Shown piece by piece: positions 9,305 through 19,200 of a DNA stretch of 62,514 nucleotides. Origin of the DNA: Minisyncoccota bacterium. GTDB taxonomy: Bacteria > Patescibacteriota > Microgenomatia > UBA1400 > PJMF01. The notes beneath the pieces were generated by a model. That model was not told the origin of the DNA and searched no databases. It saw only the letters and a list, made by a program, of their open reading frames with translations. Numbering within the stretch: position 1 is the stretch's first letter; the number at the start of each line of letters is the position of its first letter. The translations under genes and the position numbers were made by a program. The DNA lies in contig VFLK01000008.1 in the NCBI GenBank assembly GCA_009885085.1, positions 1 to 62,514 of the forward strand, in the 5' to 3' direction.

Positions 9305-10765
9305 ATGGAAAAAAAATTCATTCAAAAGTCAATAATACTTACTTTCCTTGTATCATCAATGTTTATTGGTGGAATATATCAAAAAAGCCAATCAGCAAGT
9401 TTATCTAGTGTTTCTGCAACTTCCTCAAACTCAAGATTATCTTTTAAAGGCGCACTAACAACAGGCAATACAATCGGATCTTCTCAAGTACTATTGAAAA
9501 CAACCACCGGTAGTTACCCTTCTACTACCTCAGCCCAATTACTAAGCGATGACGTAGTTGCCATTGGAGATACAAATAGTTTGGGAATATACACAATTAC
9601 TAGTATAGATTCAGCAGGAGTATTCAACATTACGCCAGTTTTACTTTCAGGAGATGCAGATAATGATGACGCTGTTATTTCTACTCAATCTGCAACTCAA
9701 ACAATTAGATTTACTACTGCCAATGCCATTGCCAACGGAACATTTAGAATATTGATTCCTTCAGAATCAAACAACGCCAATGCATCAGACGGAATTCCTG
9801 ACGCAGGTCAATTTGATTTTGGTAATGTTGCACCAACCGTTACTTGTCCATCAAACGCAAACGGCGTTTATGATTTTGTAGCAGGAACAGCAACGGCTTC
9901 AGCAATCACTGTTGGAAGTCAAGAGTATCATTCTTATGAATGTGTATACTCTGGAACTGGAGCAATTGGCTCTCCATTTGATGGCTCAACTAATGGTGCT
10001 ATTACAATTAATTCAGTAATTAATCCTGCGCCAAAAGTAGCTCATTCAACAGGAGCTGCAGATACATATAGAATCATTGTCCAGCACTTAGATAGTACTT
10101 TTGCAGTTAGAGATTCAACTTCAGTTTCAGTTGGAGTTATCGAAGCAGTCAGAGTCACAGCCTCAGTTGCTCCTCAAATTACTTTTCAAATAAGTGGCAT
10201 TGCAAGTGGTGTGACTGCCTGTGGTCAATCAACTGATGTTACTACTACTGCAGCGGCTGTTCCACTTGGTGAGCTTTCTATCTCATTATTTACAGATGCC
10301 GCACAAGCACTTTCTGTTTCGACAAATGCAGCTAATGGTTATGTTGTAACTGCATTGGCAAATGACCAAATGGGTAGAAATGCTGAAACTTGTGTTGGAG
10401 ATAATGTTGGAGGGGATTGTATTCCTGACTCTCGCGGAGATACAACGACGATGACTCATGCTGTAGAAGATGAATGGGTATCTGCCGCAATCAAAGGATT
10501 TGGATATTCTCTAGACAATGTTAACACTACTGGTCTAACAGCACCATTCGAATGGGATTCCACAGCCGGTGGTTGTTCCGGAGTGTATTGTGCAAGACAA
10601 TTTGCAGACAACGAAAATAGTCAAACAGCTCAAACAATATTTAGTAATAGTACTGTTGCCGACACACACAACCTTTACGTCTGCTACAGAGCAATAATTT
10701 CAGCCACTCAATCAGCCGGAGAATATGAGAATGCAATTACTTATACAGCAACAGCAACATTTTAA
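9305..10765 (+). CDS. Large secreted surface protein with WxL-like (Tyr-variant) C-terminal module
   Basis: ORF is open from GTG 9284, and ATG 9305 gives 'MEKKFIQKSIILTFLVSSMFIGG' as signal peptide. C-terminal module is homologous to 7392-8168. Ends 'GEYENAITYTATATF'. Confidence 0.6.
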   Translation: MEKKFIQKSIILTFLVSSMFIGGIYQKSQSASLSSVSATSSNSRLSFKGALTTGNTIGSSQVLLKTTTGSYPSTTSAQLLSDDVVAIGDTNSLGIYTITSIDSAGVFNITPVLLSGDADNDDAVISTQSATQTIRFTTANAIANGTFRILIPSESNNANASDGIPDAGQFDFGNVAPTVTCPSNANGVYDFVAGTATASAITVGSQEYHSYECVYSGTGAIGSPFDGSTNGAITINSVINPAPKVAHSTGAADTYRIIVQHLDSTFAVRDSTSVSVGVIEAVRVTASVAPQITFQISGIASGVTACGQSTDVTTTAAAVPLGELSISLFTDAAQALSVSTNAANGYVVTALANDQMGRNAETCVGDNVGGDCIPDSRGDTTTMTHAVEDEWVSAAIKGFGYSLDNVNTTGLTAPFEWDSTAGGCSGVYCARQFADNENSQTAQTIFSNSTVADTHNLYVCYRAIISATQSAGEYENAITYTATATF

Positions 10766-10784
10766 TAAAAAGAGAAACTAAACC

Positions 10785-11966
10785 ATGAAAACTGCCCAAC
10801 AACTTTCATCAAAAAAACTAACATCTGTTTTTGTTGCTTCAGCAGTTTTATTTACTGGTCTCGCATTTAGACTACCTTCTCTAGAAATACCCTCTGTTTT
10901 GGCTCAAGTTCCAGAAGAAATGTTTATTCAAGATGACAAAGCATTACCAATGCCCACTCTACTTGAAGAGCCAGCAACCGAAACTGAGATTGCACCTTTA
11001 AATGAGTCAAAAACTACCGCACAAACCCAAGTAACACTAACTGCAATCCCTCCAAGAATTGGCGAAGACAATAGCCTTAAAGCATTACCAGGAGAAAAAC
11101 TCCAAGTCCAATTAAGAGTTAGAAACTTGTCAGAAAAAACTGTCAATGTTACAACAAGAGCCCAAGATTTTATCTTAAGTAGCGATGGTGAAACACCAAT
11201 CGCTATTGATGACGTGTCTTCAAATAGATGGAGTTTGGCATCTTGGCTAACAATCGCTCCAACAGAAAATACAATTGAACCAAATCAAACCATTGGCCTA
11301 AATGTTCTAATTGAGATACCTGAGGACGCGCTTCCTGGAGGTCATTATGCTATGGTTTTACACCAGCCAAGTCAATTAACTAATGATTTTGAACTCCAAG
11401 AAGACTCTCAATCAGCAGTTAATCAAAGAGTTGGTACGCTCATCTATGTGATTGTTGATGGTGATATAAATGAAGAAGCATATATTAGAAACTTCAGTTT
11501 TCCAACATTTACCGAATATGGTCCAGTTCCATTTTCATACACAATCGAAAACAACTCAGATGTTCACATCGTCCCTCAGATGAACGTTGAAGTTTTCAAC
11601 CTCTTAAATAAAAAAGTAGATGACATTCAAGTTGGATCAAAAAATGTTTTTCCACTAACTAGTAGAGATTTTGAAGGTAAATGGCAAAGAATCTGGGGAT
11701 TCGGACCTTACACAGCAAAATTAACTATGAGTTATGGAAGCAGTGGATCTATAGTTGTCGCCAGTAGTAAATTTTGGTTGCTACCTATCAAACTCGTTAT
11801 TGCTATCTTGACTACTCTATTAATCCTTGTAGTTTTAGCGCTTTCAATTAAAAAACATCTCAACCATAGAAGAGATATGGATAGAAAGAGAATAGCTGAG
11901 CTTGAGAATCAAATTAAAAATTCAAGTTCTAAAGAGAGTGATCAAGATGACACTCTACAACTTTAA
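10785..11966 (+). CDS. Signal-peptide protein with two beta-rich domains and a C-terminal TM anchor (DUF916/DUF3324-like architecture), paralogue of 8218-9204
   Basis: Signal peptide. 'LKALPGEKLQVQLRVRNLSEKTVNVTT' Ig-like start. Second domain 'PFSYTIENNSDVHIVPQMNVEVFN'. C-terminal helix 'LVIAILTTLLILVVLALSIKKH' plus charged tail. Confidence 0.55.
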   Translation: MKTAQQLSSKKLTSVFVASAVLFTGLAFRLPSLEIPSVLAQVPEEMFIQDDKALPMPTLLEEPATETEIAPLNESKTTAQTQVTLTAIPPRIGEDNSLKALPGEKLQVQLRVRNLSEKTVNVTTRAQDFILSSDGETPIAIDDVSSNRWSLASWLTIAPTENTIEPNQTIGLNVLIEIPEDALPGGHYAMVLHQPSQLTNDFELQEDSQSAVNQRVGTLIYVIVDGDINEEAYIRNFSFPTFTEYGPVPFSYTIENNSDVHIVPQMNVEVFNLLNKKVDDIQVGSKNVFPLTSRDFEGKWQRIWGFGPYTAKLTMSYGSSGSIVVASSKFWLLPIKLVIAILTTLLILVVLALSIKKHLNHRRDMDRKRIAELENQIKNSSSKESDQDDTLQL

Positions 11967-14091
11967 TAAAAAAAATTCTCATAATCTTTCAGGATTTCTA
12001 ATATTTGGTTTGTTTCTTTTACTGTCTGTTCTTATTTCAAGAACGTCATTTTTAAACACACCACAAACGTTTGCTCAAGTAGGTGGAGTCGCTCCAGGAG
12101 AAACACTAGAAACAAATCCAAAAATTAGGAATGCCATTGTTACTGCAACTGTCCCAGATATTATTCCCCCCTCCGCTCCAATATTAATATCTCCAGAAGA
12201 TGATACCCTGCTTAACGATGCTACTCCTACATTTATTTGGCAAGGATCTACTGATAACGTGGGAATAAGTTATTACCAAGTTTATTTAGATGGTTCTATT
12301 TTATATAACAATATTCCTACCTCAAGCACCTCAAACTCATATTATGCTCTCGTTTATAATTCTGGATCTGGACAGTACTCACTTACTCCAACTGCATCTA
12401 TTAATAATGGTGTTCATACCTGGGCAATATATGTCTTTGACGCAGCTGGAAACCATAATAACTCAGCGACCTGGAGTTTTAATATTGACACCCTTGCACC
12501 AAGTTTCATCATTACTTCGATTGGACCAATTTCTACAAGTATCTCCGCACAAGATCTTGGATCAATTCCGGATGACCCAATTGAGCTAGAGGACAACTCT
12601 CCAGAATTTATTGGAACTGGAGAAAGCAACTCGACTGTCAAAGTGACCGTGTCGATACCTGGAGAAGCAGATCAAATCATTAACTTTACAATTGACGGAA
12701 GCGGTAATTGGAATTTTCAACTAGGCATATTACCAAGAGATGAAATCATCACTTTAAACTTCGTTATTACTGATTCGGTTGGAAATATCAGCATTATCAC
12801 GGATTTAAAAATTTTAATTATTCAAGAATATATTATCTATCCTCCTACGCCAACACCGACTCCTACTGTAACACCTACACCAACGCCAAGTCCGACACCA
12901 ACGCCCACTCCTTCTCCTGGAGTTTTACCAACACCACAACCATCTGCACCGCCCACACCTTGGGTAACACCACCGCCTACTCCAATTATTAAAATACCGA
13001 TCATACCTCTTGATGAAATTGTCGTAATAATCATTAAAGAAATAGAAAAACTACTTCCTGAATCAATTGTTGCAATAATTTCTCAGACTCCAGAGATTAT
13101 ACGAGCAGCAATTCTAAAAACAACGGAGTTCTTGGCACCTTCTGGAACATTGGTAGCCACCGCGGTTATTCCAATTTTTAGTTTTTTGACTCTTCTACTT
13201 CAACTTGGTGAGCAAATGTCATGGCAACTCATCGTAAAAATCCTCCAAGCTCTCGGGCTCTTACCACCCAAAGAACCTCAAGGAATTGTCTATGATTCTG
13301 ACACGAATGCTCCTGTTGCCTTTGCTTTATTAACCATAACTTCAGCCGAGGTGAGCATAAACCACCCAATTATTGCAACCATAGTTACGGATGTTAATGG
13401 AATTTATCAGGGAGCTCAACTTCCAAAGGGAAAATATATTATCAGCGTAAGTCATCAAGACTTTAAATTCCCTACAGAAAAGCAAAGACCTTCCTACTTA
13501 ACAGTACAAGAATTTTATCGAGGAGAGGTTTTTGAAGTATCATCAAGTGACTTTCAACAACTTTTTTTAATCCCAGTCGACAAATTAACAGAAACGCATG
13601 AGAACAGATCATTAAAGAAAACTTTGAGAAGAATTATTCAAAAAATCAGGTTTATTAATCTATTCTGGCCACTACTCACCATATCAGTCATCATAACAAT
13701 CTTCTATCCAACCGTAATAAACCTGGTGGTGCTAATGTTCTACGCATTTATTTTACTTAAAAAAGCTCTAAAATCACTGAAAAGACCAAGCTTGTCAGGA
13801 TATGTTGTCAATACTAACGAATCTCCAGTCGAGAACGCGATAATTAGAATCAACGATCTAGAGAAAAGTAGACTTATTGCCTTGGTAACCACCAACAGCA
13901 AGGGTTACTTCTCTGCTTTCCTAGAACCGAACAAGTATCAAATTCAGGTGAGCAAAAACGGCTTTGTTTGGATGAGAGAAGGATCTCAACTTAGCTTAGA
14001 AGAAATCGACGTTACGCAAGAAAGAACGAGCTTAAAGATAGCAATGAAGGACGTTAACGAACTCTATAAAGAGATGTTTAAAGAAAATTAG
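11947..14091 (+). CDS. Multidomain membrane protein: bacterial Ig-like domains, Pro/Thr linker, TM segments and two carboxypeptidase-regulatory-like beta-sandwich domains
   Basis: Track ORF starts at 11902, and ATG 11947 ('MTLYNFNKK..LIFGLFLLLSVLISR') gives a signal anchor. 'ATPTFIWQGSTDNVGISYYQVYLDG...DAAGN' is Ig-like. PT-linker lies at 12841-12985. 'GIVYDSDTNAPVAFALL..TDVNGIYQG..KGKYIISVSHQDF' and 'GYVVNTNESPVENAII..TNSKGYFSAFLEPNKYQIQVSKNGF' are the two regulatory-like domains. Confidence 0.7.
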   Translation: MTLYNFNKKNSHNLSGFLIFGLFLLLSVLISRTSFLNTPQTFAQVGGVAPGETLETNPKIRNAIVTATVPDIIPPSAPILISPEDDTLLNDATPTFIWQGSTDNVGISYYQVYLDGSILYNNIPTSSTSNSYYALVYNSGSGQYSLTPTASINNGVHTWAIYVFDAAGNHNNSATWSFNIDTLAPSFIITSIGPISTSISAQDLGSIPDDPIELEDNSPEFIGTGESNSTVKVTVSIPGEADQIINFTIDGSGNWNFQLGILPRDEIITLNFVITDSVGNISIITDLKILIIQEYIIYPPTPTPTPTVTPTPTPSPTPTPTPSPGVLPTPQPSAPPTPWVTPPPTPIIKIPIIPLDEIVVIIIKEIEKLLPESIVAIISQTPEIIRAAILKTTEFLAPSGTLVATAVIPIFSFLTLLLQLGEQMSWQLIVKILQALGLLPPKEPQGIVYDSDTNAPVAFALLTITSAEVSINHPIIATIVTDVNGIYQGAQLPKGKYIISVSHQDFKFPTEKQRPSYLTVQEFYRGEVFEVSSSDFQQLFLIPVDKLTETHENRSLKKTLRRIIQKIRFINLFWPLLTISVIITIFYPTVINLVVLMFYAFILLKKALKSLKRPSLSGYVVNTNESPVENAIIRINDLEKSRLIALVTTNSKGYFSAFLEPNKYQIQVSKNGFVWMREGSQLSLEEIDVTQERTSLKIAMKDVNELYKEMFKEN

Positions 14092-14897
14092 TTAAAGCAC
14101 TTCGCAGTCACCCTTAAATTCAAACCATTTCAGCAAACCTTTGATTGCAAAATAACCAGCACACAAGCAACTAATTAAATGTAAGATTGACCACCCAAAT
14201 AGATTAATAACCATTGGTAAACAATATATTAACTCTATCTACGCTTCAGAATTGACTAACGTAGCTAGCAAACAACATTGAAGCTTTGCCGGTACTTCAA
14301 AAATTGATGTAAATAATATTGATGCTTTGTAGGTTCTCCAAAAAATAGGTTTAAACGACACAACTAATTAAATATTAAGAAAAACAACCTCAAAGATTCA
14401 TAGATACTTTTTGATCAATATTGACTCTTTAATAGCAAAATCCTATAAAAACATTGATTGCTTCAAAATGGGCTTTATATAATTAATTAGACCAATCCAC
14501 CATCTTACTTATGAATGAGCCAACTTAGATGCTTCGTAGCCATTAATCGATATAAACTCCTCATATTCGTAGTTAATTCGCCTAATTAGACTATATCCGT
14601 ATAATTATTGTACAGGTTTAAACACAATATTTTATTATTGCATAATTCAAGAATTATTCCCGCACCATCTGGTAGATTATTAACGCATTACTATTTGTTA
14701 GACTATAAGTATATAAAATTATATTTTATTCATCAAAATATTTATAAAATAAATTACACCCGAAAATAGATACCATTTTGGCACAATAAATGATAAATTC
14801 CTATGTTGGTAACTTAACCAACGAGATTCGTCTTTGTGTTGGGTAATTAAGAAAATTGTTGAAAATGATTTCTAGTCGGTGCAGATGAAAAATAGAT

Positions 14898-15761
14898 TCA
14901 ATAAGTAGAAATGATGAAATTTAACTTAGAAAGAATCTCTTTTACGTTCGGAACTTCATCAAAATAGTGTCCACAAAAACCCGGATCCTCCATTAAAATG
15001 TCGATCAAACGATCATATACCAAATTTAAGTCAATTTTATGCCTATCTGTAAATCTTTTGTCTGTATGCAATGTCGTTAGCAATCTAGATACATCGTCGC
15101 TAATTCCAGAGTAAGACTCCACTGCGTCTAGTAATCCGTACTTATCAATTATAAGACTTCTAAGCGAAGCTATTTTCCATTTGCCCACCGAAAACATTAA
15201 AATAGAATCCCTGTACATTTGCTCGCACTCTTGAGTAACCTTTTCTGAAAATGAAAACGGAGAGGCATAAACTCCGCGACTAATAGAAACGGCACCTTCA
15301 GCAACTAGTAAAGCCCGTAAGTACCTGAACTGTTTATCACTCTTAGGAGCCTTAACAAACACCAGACAATCCCAGCTGCCTTGCCACTCGTCCCATTTCG
15401 AAGATAAAGCCGGAAATTGATCCTCCAATGCTTTAATGCCGTGCTGAGTTATACCTATTGAAGTTGTTCCGAGCACTCTTTCAGAATTAATTAGACCGCT
15501 CCTCTTTAAAACATGTAATAGCGATCGTTTTCCACCCTCAGTTAGATCGGAAAGTACTATATTTAAGTTCGAAAGTTTAATTCTACCGCCACCTGAACCC
15601 AATTTTTCCCTGTTCAAATTACTTTCTATAACAACTTGATTTTCATCTTTTGCAGTATTGGGTCTATAATAATTAGATTCGCTTTTAGTTCGTATATCTA
15701 CAGGCAAAGAACTTGGATTATAATAAAGAGAGAGTAATAGTTTTTGGGTGTTTTTTTTCAT
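14898..15761 (-). CDS. PaaX-like transcriptional regulator (wHTH + PaaX-type C-terminal region), tentative
   Basis: 287 aa. 'WDEWQGSWDCLVFVKAPKSDKQFRYLRALLVAEGAVSISRGVYASP' matches the PaaX-family pattern W-G-W-lv-f-P...R..lr..L...G....gvw.sP. Divergent from the giant gene. Confidence 0.45.
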   Translation of the reverse strand: MKKNTQKLLLSLYYNPSSLPVDIRTKSESNYYRPNTAKDENQVVIESNLNREKLGSGGGRIKLSNLNIVLSDLTEGGKRSLLHVLKRSGLINSERVLGTTSIGITQHGIKALEDQFPALSSKWDEWQGSWDCLVFVKAPKSDKQFRYLRALLVAEGAVSISRGVYASPFSFSEKVTQECEQMYRDSILMFSVGKWKIASLRSLIIDKYGLLDAVESYSGISDDVSRLLTTLHTDKRFTDRHKIDLNLVYDRLIDILMEDPGFCGHYFDEVPNVKEILSKLNFIISTY

Positions 15762-15817
15762 TGTTTAAATTTTTGCAATAATATAAATATGTTGTTTTTA
15801 TATCTCAAAGTTTTTAT

Positions 15818-15867
15818 TTATCCACAATTTTGCACCGAATCTTCAAAATGCTAACAAGTTATCAACA
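15818..15867. promoter_or_regulatory. Two DnaA-box-type sites: perfect TTATCCACA (15818-15826) and AGTTATCAACA (15857-15867)
   Basis: Exact match to the canonical 9-mer. The second site is an 11-mer also present at 33358, 33391 (reverse complement) and 53269 (reverse complement). Confidence 0.5.
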
Positions 15868-16237
15868 TTTAACTAGTCAATTCTTATTCCCTGCCTTGTA
15901 GAGATGTCATTAACTTTAATGTTTAGTTTTCACTTCACATAGTATCAAGTTTTTACATATATTTACATACGAGATTTTTCTAATGTATATATAGTATATA
16001 AATCACAAACTTCCCAAGAGAAGCGAAACAAGACCAAAATCCTGATATATTTTGATATTTAGAGAATGAGACAAATGAGTACAAAATTTGGCATTTATTT
16101 ACCGCAAAACACTAGGACTGATCATTGACATCTCAATCGAGTATTCTTGAGGTATTGACCTTGTACCTCAAGTTATCTAAACTGAATAACAGCTCATCTA
16201 ATGAGTCTAACTAATCTGGTACAAACTTAAATATTTA

Positions 16238-19200
16238 ATGACTGTCCAAGCAAAATATATAACCAGCATAATTGAAACATTTTCCACATACTTGGAAAGT
16301 CTAAACGTATCTACAGCACTGGGCGAAGAAACCACCGTTTCTTTTATCAAATTTCTTCAACACAAAAAAGATTACAGCTCTTGGACGATGTCTGAGCTGG
16401 AAAAATTCATTGAAACTGAAAAACTAGGCTCTAACACCGCCATCTTGATTAGACGCTACATTGAGAACTTTACTCCCTTCCAAACCGACATATTCTTGCA
16501 TCAATTTCTTGGCTCTCTCAAATTTGAGAACAAATCCAGCTCAACCATAAAAAATTACAGAAGTGACATCTCACAATTTATTTCTCTTGTTGAAGCAAAA
16601 AAAATTACTGCCCTATTTTCTCAAGAAAATATCAAGAAGTTTGTGAAGGATCAATTTTCAAAAAATTTAAAGGCTTCGAGTGTCAAGAGAAAGCTGATTA
16701 GTATTGCTCAGTTTGCAGCCTGGGCAGAAAATGAAAAACTAATTGAAAATGTTTCTTTCTGGATTTCAGACGTAGAAAGTTTGTTTGGGAAAAAGACTAA
16801 CGGCGACAAATCTAAAAATGAGGCAATTTCCTCTGGGGTTAAAACCGAAGAAAGTATGAAACTGGGCAGTTTGCATGGGGAAAAATTAGCTAGTTATCAA
16901 CTTGATGACTTTTTAGTTAGCCTTGAGGTTGATGAAAGTAGCAAATCCACAATTAAAAATTATAAGAGTGATATTTCTCAGCTTATTGCTTTTACTGGAG
17001 ACCTGAGACTGACAAGTGTTATTACTCAAGAAAACTTGGGGAAATTTATTTCGTACCAGAAGGCAAAAGACCTCAAACAGAACAGTATTAAGAGAAAAAT
17101 TGTTAGTATTTCTCAGTTTGCCGCCTGGGCTGAAAAAAGAGGTGATCTCAAAAATGTTGCATTATGGCTTAATAATCTGTATTTAGGTGATTCCAGACAT
17201 TCACCAGTGACTAACGTGCCAGTTACTGCGCCTGTAAAAATAATTGGTGCAGATCACAATATCGTACTGAAACTTAAAGACCATGTAAAAGTCATCAAAA
17301 ATGAAGAAGCAGAAATTTCTCAAGAAAAAAAGGGCAAACGCTGGTTATTACCATTTCCAAAATTATTTAGCGAAAAGAACTATACAGACGAGAAAATCAA
17401 AAATAATTATTATTCCAATCTGAAGATTGGCACTGTAGAAAAATTGTTAGCTAGCTCAAAAAGAAAAACAAAATCATTTTTACCATATGTTAACTTTGCA
17501 ATGTTTATTCTTTTCTTCTTGGGACTAGGATACTTTGGATACAGCCAATTTATTGAACAATCTGCCGAATTATTAGCATATCCATCCACACCAGTTAGAC
17601 CGAACAGAGAGCTTTCTTTCCAGGGTAGATTAACCGATACTGCTCAAAATCCAGTCACCAGTGCTACAAATATGGCTTTCCGTTTGTATGACACGGGCCC
17701 GGGAAGTGGCGGAGTTTTGCTCTGGAACTCAAGCACTTGTAGTGTTACTCCAGATCAAGATGGTATTTTCAATGTTGGCCTAGGCGACGACTGTGGTGCC
17801 GAGATTACGGAGAATGTCTTCACCGAGAACTCCAATGTATGGCTCGAGGTCGAGGTCGCAGCTGAAACTCTTACGCCAAGACAAAGTATCAAGACTGTGG
17901 CCTACGCCCTAAACTCTGAGACCATCCAAGGGTATCCAATCAGCGCCACCGGGGCTGCAACTACAAATTCAATACTGTTCATGGATGGCGCTGGCCAAGT
18001 TGTCTTGGGTGAAGTCTCTCCAACTTTGAAAGCAACAACTGGAACTTTCTCAATTGAGGCACAGGCTTTAACCCTTAAAACCAGTTCTGGCTCAAATGGA
18101 GACATAATTTTTAATCCTAACGGGCTCGGAGAAGTGCTATCCACCGGGTATTTTTCAGCTCCTGGAGCAACATTTGCAGCAACTTATGCAGGTGGAACAA
18201 GTTTAGTACTCAAGGGTGGCCCATCTGGTACAGCTAATATTCAAGAGTGGCAAAATAGTAGTGGAACTCCACTCAGTACTATTTCAAGTGCTGGAGTAGC
18301 AAACTTAGCAGGACTAACTATTAATTCTGCCTATACCTTCCCAACTGCTGATGGAACAGCTAACTATGTTCTTTCAACTAATGGTTCTGGAACTGTTACT
18401 TGGGCAGATCCTGCAGCTGCTGCTGCTTCAAGTATTCCTTGGATTCAAGGAGCAGGTATTCTCTATCCAAAGAATAGTACTGTTGATTTACTAATTGGTG
18501 GACAATCTACTGCTTCTGCTAAGTTTAAAGTTACTGGAATGAATAGTGGTACTCCTACTGCTTCTATCAGTGGTACCACTGCTAATGTTGCTACTTATTT
18601 AACTGGAGAAGGTACTTTATCTACTACTAATATGGCTCCATTAGTATTAGGTAGTGCTACTACTGGAAGTATTGCTCTTAATCCTAAAGGTACTACTGGA
18701 TTGTTTGTAGATGGAGCTGGGAATGTTGGGATTGGGACGACGACTCCAGCAGCAACACTAGAAATAAGCCAGACTTTTGTATCCGCCAACACCGAAGTCG
18801 AAATGTTTCGAACATCACGTAAAACTTCCGGTACGGGTTCCACTGGAATAGGCGCTTATACCAGCACATATCTTCAGGATGCTGGTGGTACTATGGTCGA
18901 GGCTGGGCGGCTTAGTTTTAGGCTTCACGACGCCACCAACGGTGCCAACACTGCTTCTCAATTTGTTGCCTATACTGAGCGAGAGACTTTTACTAATTTG
19001 CTCCCTGTATTTACCGCCTATTCCACCTCAAGTGATCGTTATTTATGTATGAACGGTATCGACAATATTACCACCTCAGACGACGACTGCTTTGGTATGA
19101 CAATCGGCAGTGGTCACGCCATCAATTTTCGTAGCCTTGGCGCCAATCATTTAGGCTTAATTTATGACAATTCCATCAACCAAATGAGTGTTACCGCTCC

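Noticed and set aside
12837-13034. 65-aa Gly/Val-rich ORF on the minus strand
   Set aside because: It is the reverse complement of the Pro/Thr linker of the 11947-14091 gene, so it is a low-complexity mirror ORF.
14092-14214. 40-aa hydrophobic ORF on the minus strand (MVINLFGWSILHLISCLCAGYFAIKGLLKWFEFKGDCEVL)
   Set aside because: It is a plausible small membrane peptide. However, there is no RBS, no conservation information, and it abuts the stop of the convergent gene. It is too speculative to call.
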